Source of the DNA: a virus
Taxonomy: Duplodnaviria; Caudoviricetes
DNA length: 27,840 nucleotides
IMG/VR virus record: IMGVR_UViG_3300037465_000215
Location: 1 to 27,840 of that record
Reading direction: 5' to 3' (one strand)
Shown here: positions 1-7,687 of the stretch, piece after piece
How the letters are laid out: each line of letters starts with the position of its first letter
How positions within the stretch are numbered: the first letter of the stretch is position 1
Notes under the pieces: model-generated
What the model saw: only the letters and a program-made list of their open reading frames with translations
What the model was told of the DNA's origin: nothing
Databases searched by the model: none
Program-made: the position numbers and the translations under genes

Positions 1-1
1 G

Positions 2-94
2 GAGGCGCTGCTCACCGTGGCGCGCGATTCCGAAGTGCAGGCGTGGGTGAAGTCTCTCGGCGCGCTGGCTCCCGTGAAGCGAGTCGCGTCGTGA
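2..94 (+). CDS. 3' end of a hypothetical protein (truncated by the window edge)
   Basis: Open frame EALLTVARDSEVQAWVKSLGALAPVKRVAS* with GC3-rich codons, stop TGA at 92-94. Confidence 0.5.
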   Translation, partial: EALLTVARDSEVQAWVKSLGALAPVKRVAS

Positions 95-157
95 TCCGCC
101 TGCTCGGCTGGCTCCTGTGCGCGCTGGACCGCCACGACTTCCCGGACGCACTCGGCA

Positions 158-922
158 ATGAGGGAGAGTAGGGTGAGCGCGCTGCACGAGGCTATGCTCT
201 CGCGGCACAAGGACGACCTGCTCGTAGGAGAGTGCAAGGACGGTCCAACGTGGGACGCCAGCCACCTGCGCCTAGACTACTGGGTGCTCCGCCGGTCGTG
301 GCGGAATCCAGCGATGATCGGCTACGAGGTCAAGAGCGGGCGCGCCGATTGGCTGAAAGATGACAAGTGGCGTGGCTATCTGCCGCTGTGCAACGAACTG
401 TGGTTCGTGGCCGAGAAAAAGGATGCAATCAAAGAGTACGAGCTTCCGCCGGAAGTCGGGCTGCTGCGCCTTGCCGGCTCTCGGCTCGTGACCGTCCGAC
501 GTGCCGTGTGGCGAGAAATCCCGTTTCCGGAGTCGCTGGCAACCTATGTGCTCATGTGCAGAACGCGGATTGTGAACGACGTTCGGACGCCGGAAAGGAA
601 TCGGAAGGACGAATGGAAGGCGTGGTTGGAGGACCGCAACGAATCGAGGCTGGTCGGGCGCGCAGCCAGCAAGAAGATTCGCCGCGTGCTAGACGAGCGG
701 GTGGGGTCCGTGGAGCGGGAGAACGCTAGGCTGCGGTCGGAGAACGAGCGGCTGTCCGCGCTCAAGGCGGCGCTCGACGAGCGGGGGATAAGGTGGAACG
801 GCTGGGGCAAGCCAGAGCAGGTCGTGGACGAGCTGGCCGCCCCGACATGGGCGCGCCAGCAGGTGTCTTACGCCTACAAAGCGCTGGGCAGACTGCTCAA
901 TGGCGACCGGGAGCCGTCGTGA
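158..922 (+). CDS. MmcB-like PD-(D/E)XK nuclease-family protein with a C-terminal coiled coil
   Basis: Motif LDYWVL...IGYEVKSGRADWLKDDKWRGYLPLCNELWFV matches the D...EVK.SR.D....KW..Y...C...FV pattern of MmcB-family proteins. The start could instead be GTG at 173. Confidence 0.75.
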   Translation: MRESRVSALHEAMLSRHKDDLLVGECKDGPTWDASHLRLDYWVLRRSWRNPAMIGYEVKSGRADWLKDDKWRGYLPLCNELWFVAEKKDAIKEYELPPEVGLLRLAGSRLVTVRRAVWREIPFPESLATYVLMCRTRIVNDVRTPERNRKDEWKAWLEDRNESRLVGRAASKKIRRVLDERVGSVERENARLRSENERLSALKAALDERGIRWNGWGKPEQVVDELAAPTWARQQVSYAYKALGRLLNGDREPS

Positions 923-1047
923 GCGTTACCCGCGCCGCCGCCCTTGCCCTCGCCGCGTGGGCCGCGCTCGTCGCCCTCGACCAGCGCACGCACCGCGCTC
1001 AAGGAGCCGAAGTGACCGCGCCTGCCGCAAAGCCGTGCTGGACCTGA
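919..1047 (+). CDS. Small hypothetical protein with a hydrophobic N-terminus (42 aa)
   Basis: GTGA overlap with the upstream stop. Sequence MSVTRAAALALAAWAALVALDQ... fills the gap between two genes. Confidence 0.45.
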   Translation: MSVTRAAALALAAWAALVALDQRTHRAQGAEVTAPAAKPCWT

Positions 1048-1054
1048 CCCTGAC

Positions 1055-1453
1055 GTGACCGCCTTCCCCGTTTACCGGAAGCGATGCCCGGAGTGCGGCC
1101 GGGACTTCACGAAGGGGCGCGCCGCGCGCTACTGTGACCCGTGTCGGAAGAAGCTCAAGGCGTGGCGCAGGCGGCAACGCCGGGAGGTCGCGCGCGCGAA
1201 GCTCGGCCTGCATCCCCGGTGGAAGGCCGCTCGGCTCAAGCTCGGGCGCATGAAGCCGACGGCGGCGACCCGCAATAGATATCGTACCACGACCTGCGCC
1301 GACTGTGGCGTGACGTTCCTCGGCGGCGCACGGGCCGTCCGGTGCATCCCGTGCAACGACTCGCACCGGCGCGATTACCAGCGCATCCGGGACGCCGGCC
1401 GGACACGACAGGGGAGGGACGATGCTCCAGCGACGCACGCCGCTCGCACGTAG
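1055..1453 (+). CDS. Basic protein with two CxxC-x12-CxxC zinc ribbons
   Basis: CPECGRDFTKGRAARYCDPC and CADCGVTFLGGARAVRCIPC, each followed by an Arg-rich helix. Confidence 0.7.
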   Translation: MTAFPVYRKRCPECGRDFTKGRAARYCDPCRKKLKAWRRRQRREVARAKLGLHPRWKAARLKLGRMKPTAATRNRYRTTTCADCGVTFLGGARAVRCIPCNDSHRRDYQRIRDAGRTRQGRDDAPATHAART

Positions 1454-1952
1454 CCAACTGTCTGAGATGAGTCGGATTCCGCACCGGCGCGGGAACGCCG
1501 TCTCGAGACGTAACCGGCGCGAGTACGTCGCATACCTCGACGACCTATTCCGCGCTATCCTGATGACGACTCACGGCGCGGTGCGGATGCCCTGCGAGAA
1601 CGGGCGTGGGTTCTACTGGTACGGCCGGTGCCTGCGCTGCTCGCGCGCGGGTCCGCTCTACGTCTCGCACATCGAACCGAAGGGGCAGTACCCGCATCTG
1701 CGGTGGAGGGAAGGGAACGCGTTCGCGTTCTGTTTCTACTGTCACATGCACTGGTGGCACAAGAACCCGCGCGATGCGTGGGCGTTCCGCGAGGCGCAGC
1801 TCGGGGCATCGGCGAGCGAGACGTTGGCGCTCGCGGCCCGGTCGGGGAAGGGGATGCGGAGCCGGGCACTCGACGTGTGCGCCATCGAGCACTACCTCCG
1901 GCAGCGGCTCCGGGCGCTCGCGCCTCGGGGCGTCGAGGGAATGGAGTTCTGA
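1422..1952 (+). CDS. NinG/Rap-like HNH (beta-beta-alpha-Me) endonuclease
   Basis: CLRC...SHIEPKGQYPHLRW..GNAFAFCFYCH pattern and N-terminal 'LDDLF'. GGAGG RBS precedes ATG 1422. Lies just upstream of the packaging genes. Confidence 0.75.
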   Translation: MLQRRTPLARSQLSEMSRIPHRRGNAVSRRNRREYVAYLDDLFRAILMTTHGAVRMPCENGRGFYWYGRCLRCSRAGPLYVSHIEPKGQYPHLRWREGNAFAFCFYCHMHWWHKNPRDAWAFREAQLGASASETLALAARSGKGMRSRALDVCAIEHYLRQRLRALAPRGVEGMEF

Positions 1953-2350
1953 TGTCGAAGGTAGCGGACGCGGCACGGTGGAACGGGCACTTCGGCGGTA
2001 AGCCGACGAATGCGATGGTCGCGCTCCGTCGCCGCGCTCGCGAGCGGGCGACCCGCATCGTGGCGGCGAATCAGGAGGAGGCGGTCCGCTTCCTCGTCTA
2101 CGTCATGAATAATCCGAACGCCGCGTTGTCGGAACGGATACGCTGCGCGCTCGAACTCCTGAACCGGGGCGAGATGCCCGCGAAGTCGGCGTCGTTCCTC
2201 GGCGTCGGCACGAGCGAGGAACTGGACGCCATGTTCTCGTCGCCGAAGCTCGTCGTGCTCGGCAAGTTCGGCTCGGACAAGGCTCTCGAATCGGGCGCGG
2301 TCGTCGTCGAGGAAGGTAAGAACGGCGCGCCGGACGGAGACGCTCCGTGA
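1952..2350 (+). CDS. Candidate terminase small subunit (132 aa)
   Basis: TGATG coupling to the upstream gene and GTGA overlap with TerL. Helical protein MSKVADAARW... Function inferred from position only. Confidence 0.5.
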   Translation: MSKVADAARWNGHFGGKPTNAMVALRRRARERATRIVAANQEEAVRFLVYVMNNPNAALSERIRCALELLNRGEMPAKSASFLGVGTSEELDAMFSSPKLVVLGKFGSDKALESGAVVVEEGKNGAPDGDAP

Positions 2351-3924
2351 GCGTCCAGATTCTCGACCCGGTCCAGCGTCCTGTGAAGGCGTGGCGTCCG
2401 GGCGAGGGCTTCGCGCCGAACTCGTGGGCGCAGGAGCGGTTCCTCGTCTCCGAAGCGCCGGAACTGCTCTACTCCGGGCATCGCGGCTCGTCGAAGTCGC
2501 GCACCATCTGCGAGAAGGCCGACCTCCTGTGCCGTCGCATCAACGGCGCTCGCATCGTGCTCTCGCGGAAGAAGCGCGAGCACATGGGCAAGACGACGCT
2601 CTCGACCCTGCTCACCGAGGTCATCTCACCGTCGCATCGTTCGTGGGGATGGCGACCTGCGGCGGACGGCGGCTCGACGCTCCACTACCCGAACGGGTCC
2701 GAGATTCTCTGCGCCGGGCTCGACAACCCGGGGCGCATGCTCTCGGGCGAGTTCATGGCGAACTACACCGACCAGTGCGAGGAACTTGAGGAGGACGAGT
2801 TCATCTCCATCGGCGGCTCGCTCCGGCAGCGGTACGGCACGCGCGGCGTCGTCATCCCGTTCCACCAGAACGGCGGCGCGTGCAACCCGGACGGTCCCGC
2901 GCACTTCCTGTTCAAGCGTTACCGGCCCGACCTCGCCGGACACTCGTCGAACTACGTCCAGCGCACGGACGAGACGACGCTGCTCCCGTCCGGCGACCGG
3001 CTCCCGGCCGGGCGCGTGCTCCGCGAGGTCATCGTCGCCGGGCTCAAGGACAATCTTGAGAACCTGCCCGTCGCCTATCAGGCGTGGCTCGCGTCGCTGA
3101 CCGGACGCTACCGCGACCGCTTCGTGCTCGGCCTGTGGGTCGCCTTCGACGGCTACGTGTTCGACTGTTTCGACCCGCGCCTGCACGTCCGCGCCCGGCC
3201 CGCCGACTGGTGGAACGGCTACCCGCCGCCGACGTGGAAGCGATACCGGAGCATTGACTTCGGCTTCACGAACCCGTTCGTGTTCCAGTGGTGGGCGCGT
3301 TCGCCCGATGGCGTGTGGTGGCTCTACCGCGAGGTCTACCACTCGCAGCGGTTTATCCGCGAGCACCGCGAGACGATCCGTCAGTACGAAGCCGCCGAAC
3401 TCGAGGCGCTCAATGCGTACATCGCGAAGCTCAACGACGACCGGACGGCGTTCCCGAAGCGCGAGACGATGAAACGCCTGTCGTTCGCGAACACGGTCGC
3501 CGACACCGAGAACGCCGAGAATCGCGCGCTGCTCGACGAACTCGGCATCCCGACGAACGCCGCCGTCAAGGACATAGAACCGGGCATCCAGACGCTCTAC
3601 GAACTGCTCGCGCCTAAGACGGACCCGGCGACGAACGTCACGCGCGCCCGGCTGTACCTGTGCGAAGACGCCCGGCTGGAGGTAGACCAGCGGCTCGTCG
3701 AGCAGGGAAAGCCGACCTGCACGGCCGAGGAGTTCCCGCTCTACCAGCGGTCCCGGCGCAAGGCGACGGACCGGGACACGTCGGTCGCCGAGGCTCCGAA
3801 GAAGGGCGACGACCACGGCATAGACGCCGCCCGGTACGTTGTGCATACTGCCCGCGTCACGGGCGACCAGCGCGTCATCCGCCTGTTCGACCGGGCGGAC
3901 CGCGAGGAGTCGCTGGACTGGTGA
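2347..3924 (+). CDS. terL: Terminase large subunit (PBSX/SPP1-like)
   Basis: Walker A-like SGHRGSSKS, Walker B region ANYTDQCEE, coupling motif ACNP, RNaseH-like nuclease motifs SIDFGFTNP and DDHGIDAARY. Confidence 0.95.
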   Translation: MSVQILDPVQRPVKAWRPGEGFAPNSWAQERFLVSEAPELLYSGHRGSSKSRTICEKADLLCRRINGARIVLSRKKREHMGKTTLSTLLTEVISPSHRSWGWRPAADGGSTLHYPNGSEILCAGLDNPGRMLSGEFMANYTDQCEELEEDEFISIGGSLRQRYGTRGVVIPFHQNGGACNPDGPAHFLFKRYRPDLAGHSSNYVQRTDETTLLPSGDRLPAGRVLREVIVAGLKDNLENLPVAYQAWLASLTGRYRDRFVLGLWVAFDGYVFDCFDPRLHVRARPADWWNGYPPPTWKRYRSIDFGFTNPFVFQWWARSPDGVWWLYREVYHSQRFIREHRETIRQYEAAELEALNAYIAKLNDDRTAFPKRETMKRLSFANTVADTENAENRALLDELGIPTNAAVKDIEPGIQTLYELLAPKTDPATNVTRARLYLCEDARLEVDQRLVEQGKPTCTAEEFPLYQRSRRKATDRDTSVAEAPKKGDDHGIDAARYVVHTARVTGDQRVIRLFDRADREESLDW

Positions 3925-3928
3925 ACGC

Positions 3929-4000
3929 TGCGGGGTAGCTCAGCGGCAGAGCGCCCGGTTCATACCCGGGAAGGCACGGGTTCGAGTCCCGTCCCCGCTA
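3929..4000 (+). tRNA. tRNA with CAT anticodon, most similar to elongator tRNA-Met
   Basis: Full cloverleaf: acceptor TGCGGGG/CCCCGCT, D arm GCTC/GAGC, anticodon arm CCCGG-TTCATAC-CCGGG (CAT at 3961-3963), T arm ACGGG-TTCGAGT-CCCGT. CCA is not encoded. Confidence 0.92.
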
Positions 4001-4018
4001 CTATCTTCTCGGAGGCGA

Positions 4019-4165
4019 GTGAGCCCGACGGACCTGTTCCTGCTTATCCTCGCGGGCGCGGCAGGCGTCGCGCTCGGGCTCATCGTCATCGCCTTCTCGC
4101 TGGCTGTCGCATACATCGCCGGGGCCGCGCTCCTCCGCACCCTCGTGAAAGGGAACGGCCCGTGA
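4019..4165 (+). CDS. Small membrane protein (48 aa)
   Basis: GGAGG RBS before GTG 4019, long hydrophobic stretch LFLLILAGAAGVALGLIVIAFSLAVAYIAGAALL, GTGA overlap with the portal gene. Confidence 0.7.
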   Translation: MSPTDLFLLILAGAAGVALGLIVIAFSLAVAYIAGAALLRTLVKGNGP

Positions 4166-6324
4166 GCCGATTCGCCCGTGAGCTCCGCCGCGCCGCCGTG
4201 CCGCTCGCTCGCCTCGTCGGGGCCGTGCCGTCCGCGCAGGCGCTCGGCCGCGTATTCCACTCCGGCATGCCGTTCGAGAGCCTCGACTTCAACTACGCGT
4301 TCAAGCTCATCCCGACCATCCAGTTCTGCGTCGAGATGTACCAGACCACGGTCGCCGCGACGCCGCTCCGGTTCTACTCCGGACATGGCGACACGAAGGA
4401 AGAACTCGAACGCGCGCCCGGCAACATCGTGGACCTGTGGGAGCGCGCGAACACCGAGGACACGGGGACCGACCTCGTCGAGCAAATCGTCGGCTCGCGA
4501 CAGCTTCAAGGGAACGCGTACCTGTTCAAGGACTACATGGGCACGTCGCTCCCGAGGCAGTTCTGGTGCCTTGACCCGCTCAAGGTGAAGCCCATCGTCG
4601 GCGCGGGCCGTGGCGTCGTCGAGTACGAAGTGAACAACGGCGGCGCGACCGTCCGCGTGCCGCGCCAGCAGATTGTCCACTTCAAGCGATATGACCCCGA
4701 CTTCGGCGTGGTCGGCGTCTCGCGCATCGGCTCGCTCCGGCTCGCCTACGAGACGCAGCGCGACGGCGCGCGGTTCATGCGCGCGTTCTACAAGCGCGGC
4801 GGAACGGTCGCCGGACACTACTCGACCGACCAGTCGCTCGACCCGGACGAGGTCGCGGCGCTCAAGAAAGACCTGCACGACCGCGTACAGGGACCGGAGC
4901 ATGCGTGGGAGCCCGTCATCCTGCCGCGCAAGCTGCAGTTCGTGCGCGCCGGGCTCACGTTCGATGAAATGCAGTTCATCGAATCGGAGAAGCTCACGAC
5001 CGAACAGATGCTCCGGGTGTTCCGCATCCATCCTATCCTCGCGTCGCAGAACGTCTCGGCCGGGCTCAACTCCGACGTGGCGAATACGGCTATGCTTATG
5101 TTCCTGCGCTTCGGCATCTTCCCCGAGGCGCGCGCCATCGCGATGACGCTGAACGAGCGGCTGCTCTCGAACGGCGAGTTCGGCCGCGACCTGTCGTGCG
5201 AGTTCGACTTCTCGAACGACCCCGTGCTCGTCGAGGCGTGGCTCAAGCAGGCAGAAGCGTGGTCGAAGGCGACGGGAGCGCCGGTCGCGACGCGCGCCGA
5301 GGCGCGTGACCGGCTCGGCCTGCCGGACCGGACCGACGAGTTCCCGACGCTCGACGAGCCGCTCGTGCCCATCGGCGTGACGACCGAGGGCGAGTTTTCC
5401 GCATCCGACGAAGCCGAACCGGAGCCCGTTCCGACGCCCGCCCCGGAGCCGGTCGCCGCGACGCGCGCGAAGGTCAGCCGCGACACGCTCCGACGTATCA
5501 GCGACCGTAAGCTCGCCGCGTTCGAGCGCACGTTCCGGGCAGAGGCGGTCCGTATGTTCCGACGGCAGCGGAACCGAGTCGTGGCCGGGCTCCGCACGCA
5601 GGATGGCCGGGCGACGCGCGCCGTGGACCTCGACGCGCTGCTCGCCACGCTGACGGACCCCGAGGACCTGCGCCGGGCGCGCCGCCTCGTGCGCGCCATC
5701 GTCCGCGACGCGGGTAATGCCGCCATCGCGGACCTCGCGCAGGACCTCGCGTTCAACCTCGCCGCGCAGGGGGTAGCCGATTTTATCGCCCGGCACGCGG
5801 CGGACTACGTCACGAACGTAAACGCCACGACTCGGGACGCGCTGCGCGAGGCGCTCCGGGAGGGCGTCGCGGAATCCGAGACGCTCGGCGACCTCATCGC
5901 CCGCGTGGACGACGTCTTCGACGGCCGTCGCCGGAACGCCGCGACCATCGCTAGAACCGAAACCGCGCCCGCGTATAACTTCGCCACGCAGGAGGCGTGG
6001 AAGCAGACCGGGGTCGTCGCCGAGAAGGAGTGGCTCACGGCCGGGGATGACGCGGTCCGCGACGAGCACGCGCAGGCGGACGGCCAGTCCGTGCCCATCG
6101 AGGACTCGTTCGTCGTCGGCGGCGAGCGGCTCGACTTCCCCGGCGACCCGTCCGGCTCGCCCGAGAACGTCATCAACTGCCGTTGCACGATGGTCCCGGT
6201 TGTGAGAAACATCTCCGACGACAAGGCGCGGCTCCCGGCCCGAATCGCCGCGCGCATGCGTCCTTCCGTCAACGGCCGCGCGCAGTCGTTCGAGGAGTGG
6301 CTCAATGGCGCCCCGTCCCGATGA
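4162..6324 (+). CDS. HK97-family portal protein fused to a C-terminal MuF (Mu gpF / SPP1 gp7-like) head morphogenesis domain
   Basis: Portal motifs LQGNAYL, IVHFK, RVFRIHP, TRAEARDRLGL. A Pro/Glu linker follows, then MuF motifs IARTET, KEWLTAGDDAVRDEH and PGDP...ENVINCRC. Confidence 0.92.
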   Translation: MSRFARELRRAAVPLARLVGAVPSAQALGRVFHSGMPFESLDFNYAFKLIPTIQFCVEMYQTTVAATPLRFYSGHGDTKEELERAPGNIVDLWERANTEDTGTDLVEQIVGSRQLQGNAYLFKDYMGTSLPRQFWCLDPLKVKPIVGAGRGVVEYEVNNGGATVRVPRQQIVHFKRYDPDFGVVGVSRIGSLRLAYETQRDGARFMRAFYKRGGTVAGHYSTDQSLDPDEVAALKKDLHDRVQGPEHAWEPVILPRKLQFVRAGLTFDEMQFIESEKLTTEQMLRVFRIHPILASQNVSAGLNSDVANTAMLMFLRFGIFPEARAIAMTLNERLLSNGEFGRDLSCEFDFSNDPVLVEAWLKQAEAWSKATGAPVATRAEARDRLGLPDRTDEFPTLDEPLVPIGVTTEGEFSASDEAEPEPVPTPAPEPVAATRAKVSRDTLRRISDRKLAAFERTFRAEAVRMFRRQRNRVVAGLRTQDGRATRAVDLDALLATLTDPEDLRRARRLVRAIVRDAGNAAIADLAQDLAFNLAAQGVADFIARHAADYVTNVNATTRDALREALREGVAESETLGDLIARVDDVFDGRRRNAATIARTETAPAYNFATQEAWKQTGVVAEKEWLTAGDDAVRDEHAQADGQSVPIEDSFVVGGERLDFPGDPSGSPENVINCRCTMVPVVRNISDDKARLPARIAARMRPSVNGRAQSFEEWLNGAPSR

Positions 6325-6478
6325 CGCCGCGACGTTCGTCGTCCCCGCAGGCAACGACCGCCGATTCGTGAAGTGCTCGTGCGGGGCGACGTTCGAGGTC
6401 CCGACGAACGCGCTATGCGTGACGTGCCATCGGTGCGGCATGACGTACTCCGGACCGCTCGGCGTCCAGCAGAGGTAA
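6305..6478 (+). CDS. Small zinc-ribbon protein (57 aa, CxC-x14-CxxC), not in the supplied ORF track
   Basis: GAGGAG RBS then ATG 6305. MAPRPDDAATFVVPAGNDRRFVKCSCGATFEVPTNALCVTCHRCGMTYSGPLGVQQR*. Stop lies 2 nt before the next ATG. Confidence 0.75.
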   Translation: MAPRPDDAATFVVPAGNDRRFVKCSCGATFEVPTNALCVTCHRCGMTYSGPLGVQQR

Positions 6479-6480
6479 CG

Positions 6481-7647
6481 ATGTTCGTGCGCGCGATGCA
6501 GTACCAGCCGGGGAATCCGATGCTCGGGCGGTCGTTCGTCCTGCCGGGCTTCGAGGACCGCGCCGTGAAGGAGAAGCATCTCGACGCCATCCAGCAGTTC
6601 GCGCAGCGCGAGGTCCTCCCGGACGACATCGAGGTCCGGGGCATGTACCTCACGAACACGCAGCGCGACTTCTACTACTCGCGCTTCACGCGCGAGGCGC
6701 TGGAGGAACAGGCCGAACTCATCCCCGGCGCTCCGGTGATGCGCGGTCACCAATACACCGGGGCGGTCCCCGACGCGCGCTTCTTCGCCGCGCGCGTCGT
6801 CCGTATCGAGGACCCGTCGCTTCCGAAGCGCGACCAGTACTGGACCGAGTGCCTCTACTACATCCCGAAGGACGATGCGGGCGAGGACTACGTCCGGCGC
6901 GTAGACCTCGGTATCTACCGCGAGGTCAGCATCGGCTTCCGGCTCGCCGCCGCCCCGTGCTCAGTGTGCAAGCAGAACATCTGGGCGTGTCCGCACATCC
7001 CGGGCGAAATCTACGAGAAGCACGGCATCTGCGAGTGGGGCATGGAGGGCATAACCTCCGTGCTCGAAGGCTCGCAGGTGTTCCGGGGCGGGCAGAAAGA
7101 CACGTCGAACTTCATCCCCGATGGATACGGCGAGGCGAAACTCCGTAGCGCGTTCGTCCCCGGGACCGACGACCTCGACGGTCGCCTGCTCCGCACGGTG
7201 AAGCTCGCGAACGGTGACTGCACACCGAAAACCTCGAGGTCGAGCTATCGCTCCTTCGAGGAGTTCTTCCGCTCGCAGGAGGGCAAGCGCGCGCTCGGCT
7301 TCGGCGTGCTCGTCGGCCAGCGCGGCGAGCGACAAAATACGCAGGCCGTCGTGTGCGCCCGGACCCGGTTCTCCGACCCGAAGCGTGCCGCCCGGTGGGT
7401 CCGCGACCACGACTTCCGCGCGGACAAGCGGAATGACAGCGACCAATCGTTCACGTTCGAACAGTTCCCCGAGGCGGCAGCCGAGTCCGGGACGTTCCGA
7501 AACATCGGTATAGACGACGGCGTGACCGCCCGGGTGTGCCGCATCAAGCAGGCCGAGTCGTCCGAGTTGGGACGCGCGGTTGACAGTAAGACGAGCTCCG
7601 CAGAGAGTTTCGAGTCGTGGCTCGCGCGGGAGTCACCGACTTCGTGA
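6481..7647 (+). CDS. Putative prohead maturation protease with a Zn-binding insert and C-terminal extension
   Basis: Lies between portal and capsid. Candidate catalytic His (MRGH) and Ser (GIYREVSIGF), plus CSVC...CPH. Start placed at ATG 6481 (GAGG RBS) rather than 6373. Confidence 0.75.
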   Translation: MFVRAMQYQPGNPMLGRSFVLPGFEDRAVKEKHLDAIQQFAQREVLPDDIEVRGMYLTNTQRDFYYSRFTREALEEQAELIPGAPVMRGHQYTGAVPDARFFAARVVRIEDPSLPKRDQYWTECLYYIPKDDAGEDYVRRVDLGIYREVSIGFRLAAAPCSVCKQNIWACPHIPGEIYEKHGICEWGMEGITSVLEGSQVFRGGQKDTSNFIPDGYGEAKLRSAFVPGTDDLDGRLLRTVKLANGDCTPKTSRSSYRSFEEFFRSQEGKRALGFGVLVGQRGERQNTQAVVCARTRFSDPKRAARWVRDHDFRADKRNDSDQSFTFEQFPEAAAESGTFRNIGIDDGVTARVCRIKQAESSELGRAVDSKTSSAESFESWLARESPTS

Positions 7648-7687
7648 GCGTCCGCGTTCACAACCTCCCTCGGTAGGGAGCAGTAAA

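Noticed and set aside
91-171. 26-aa ORF MIRLLGWLLCALDRHDF...
   Set aside because: It has a GTGA overlap and could be a gene remnant, but it is too short to support.
3929-4000. tRNA as a prophage attachment site
   Set aside because: It lies within the packaging operon with phage genes on both sides. No duplicated 3' fragment or integrase is seen in the window.
6180-6324. MuF polymorphic toxin
   Set aside because: Only about 45 aa follow the NCRC motif, with no toxin domain, and the next gene is a Zn ribbon rather than an evident immunity gene.
3940-6753. 937-aa minus-strand ORF (also 2626-3846, 7658-9148, 13242-14534 and similar)
   Set aside because: These are antisense shadows of well-supported + strand genes. 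High GC3 codon bias suppresses stops on the opposite strand, and the translations have no recognisable motifs.
7580-7608. Sigma70-like promoter (TTGACA-17 nt-GAGAGT) upstream of the capsid gene
   Set aside because: The -10 is poor, and TTGACA arises from Val-Asp written GTT-GAC, which GTCGAC avoidance already explains.
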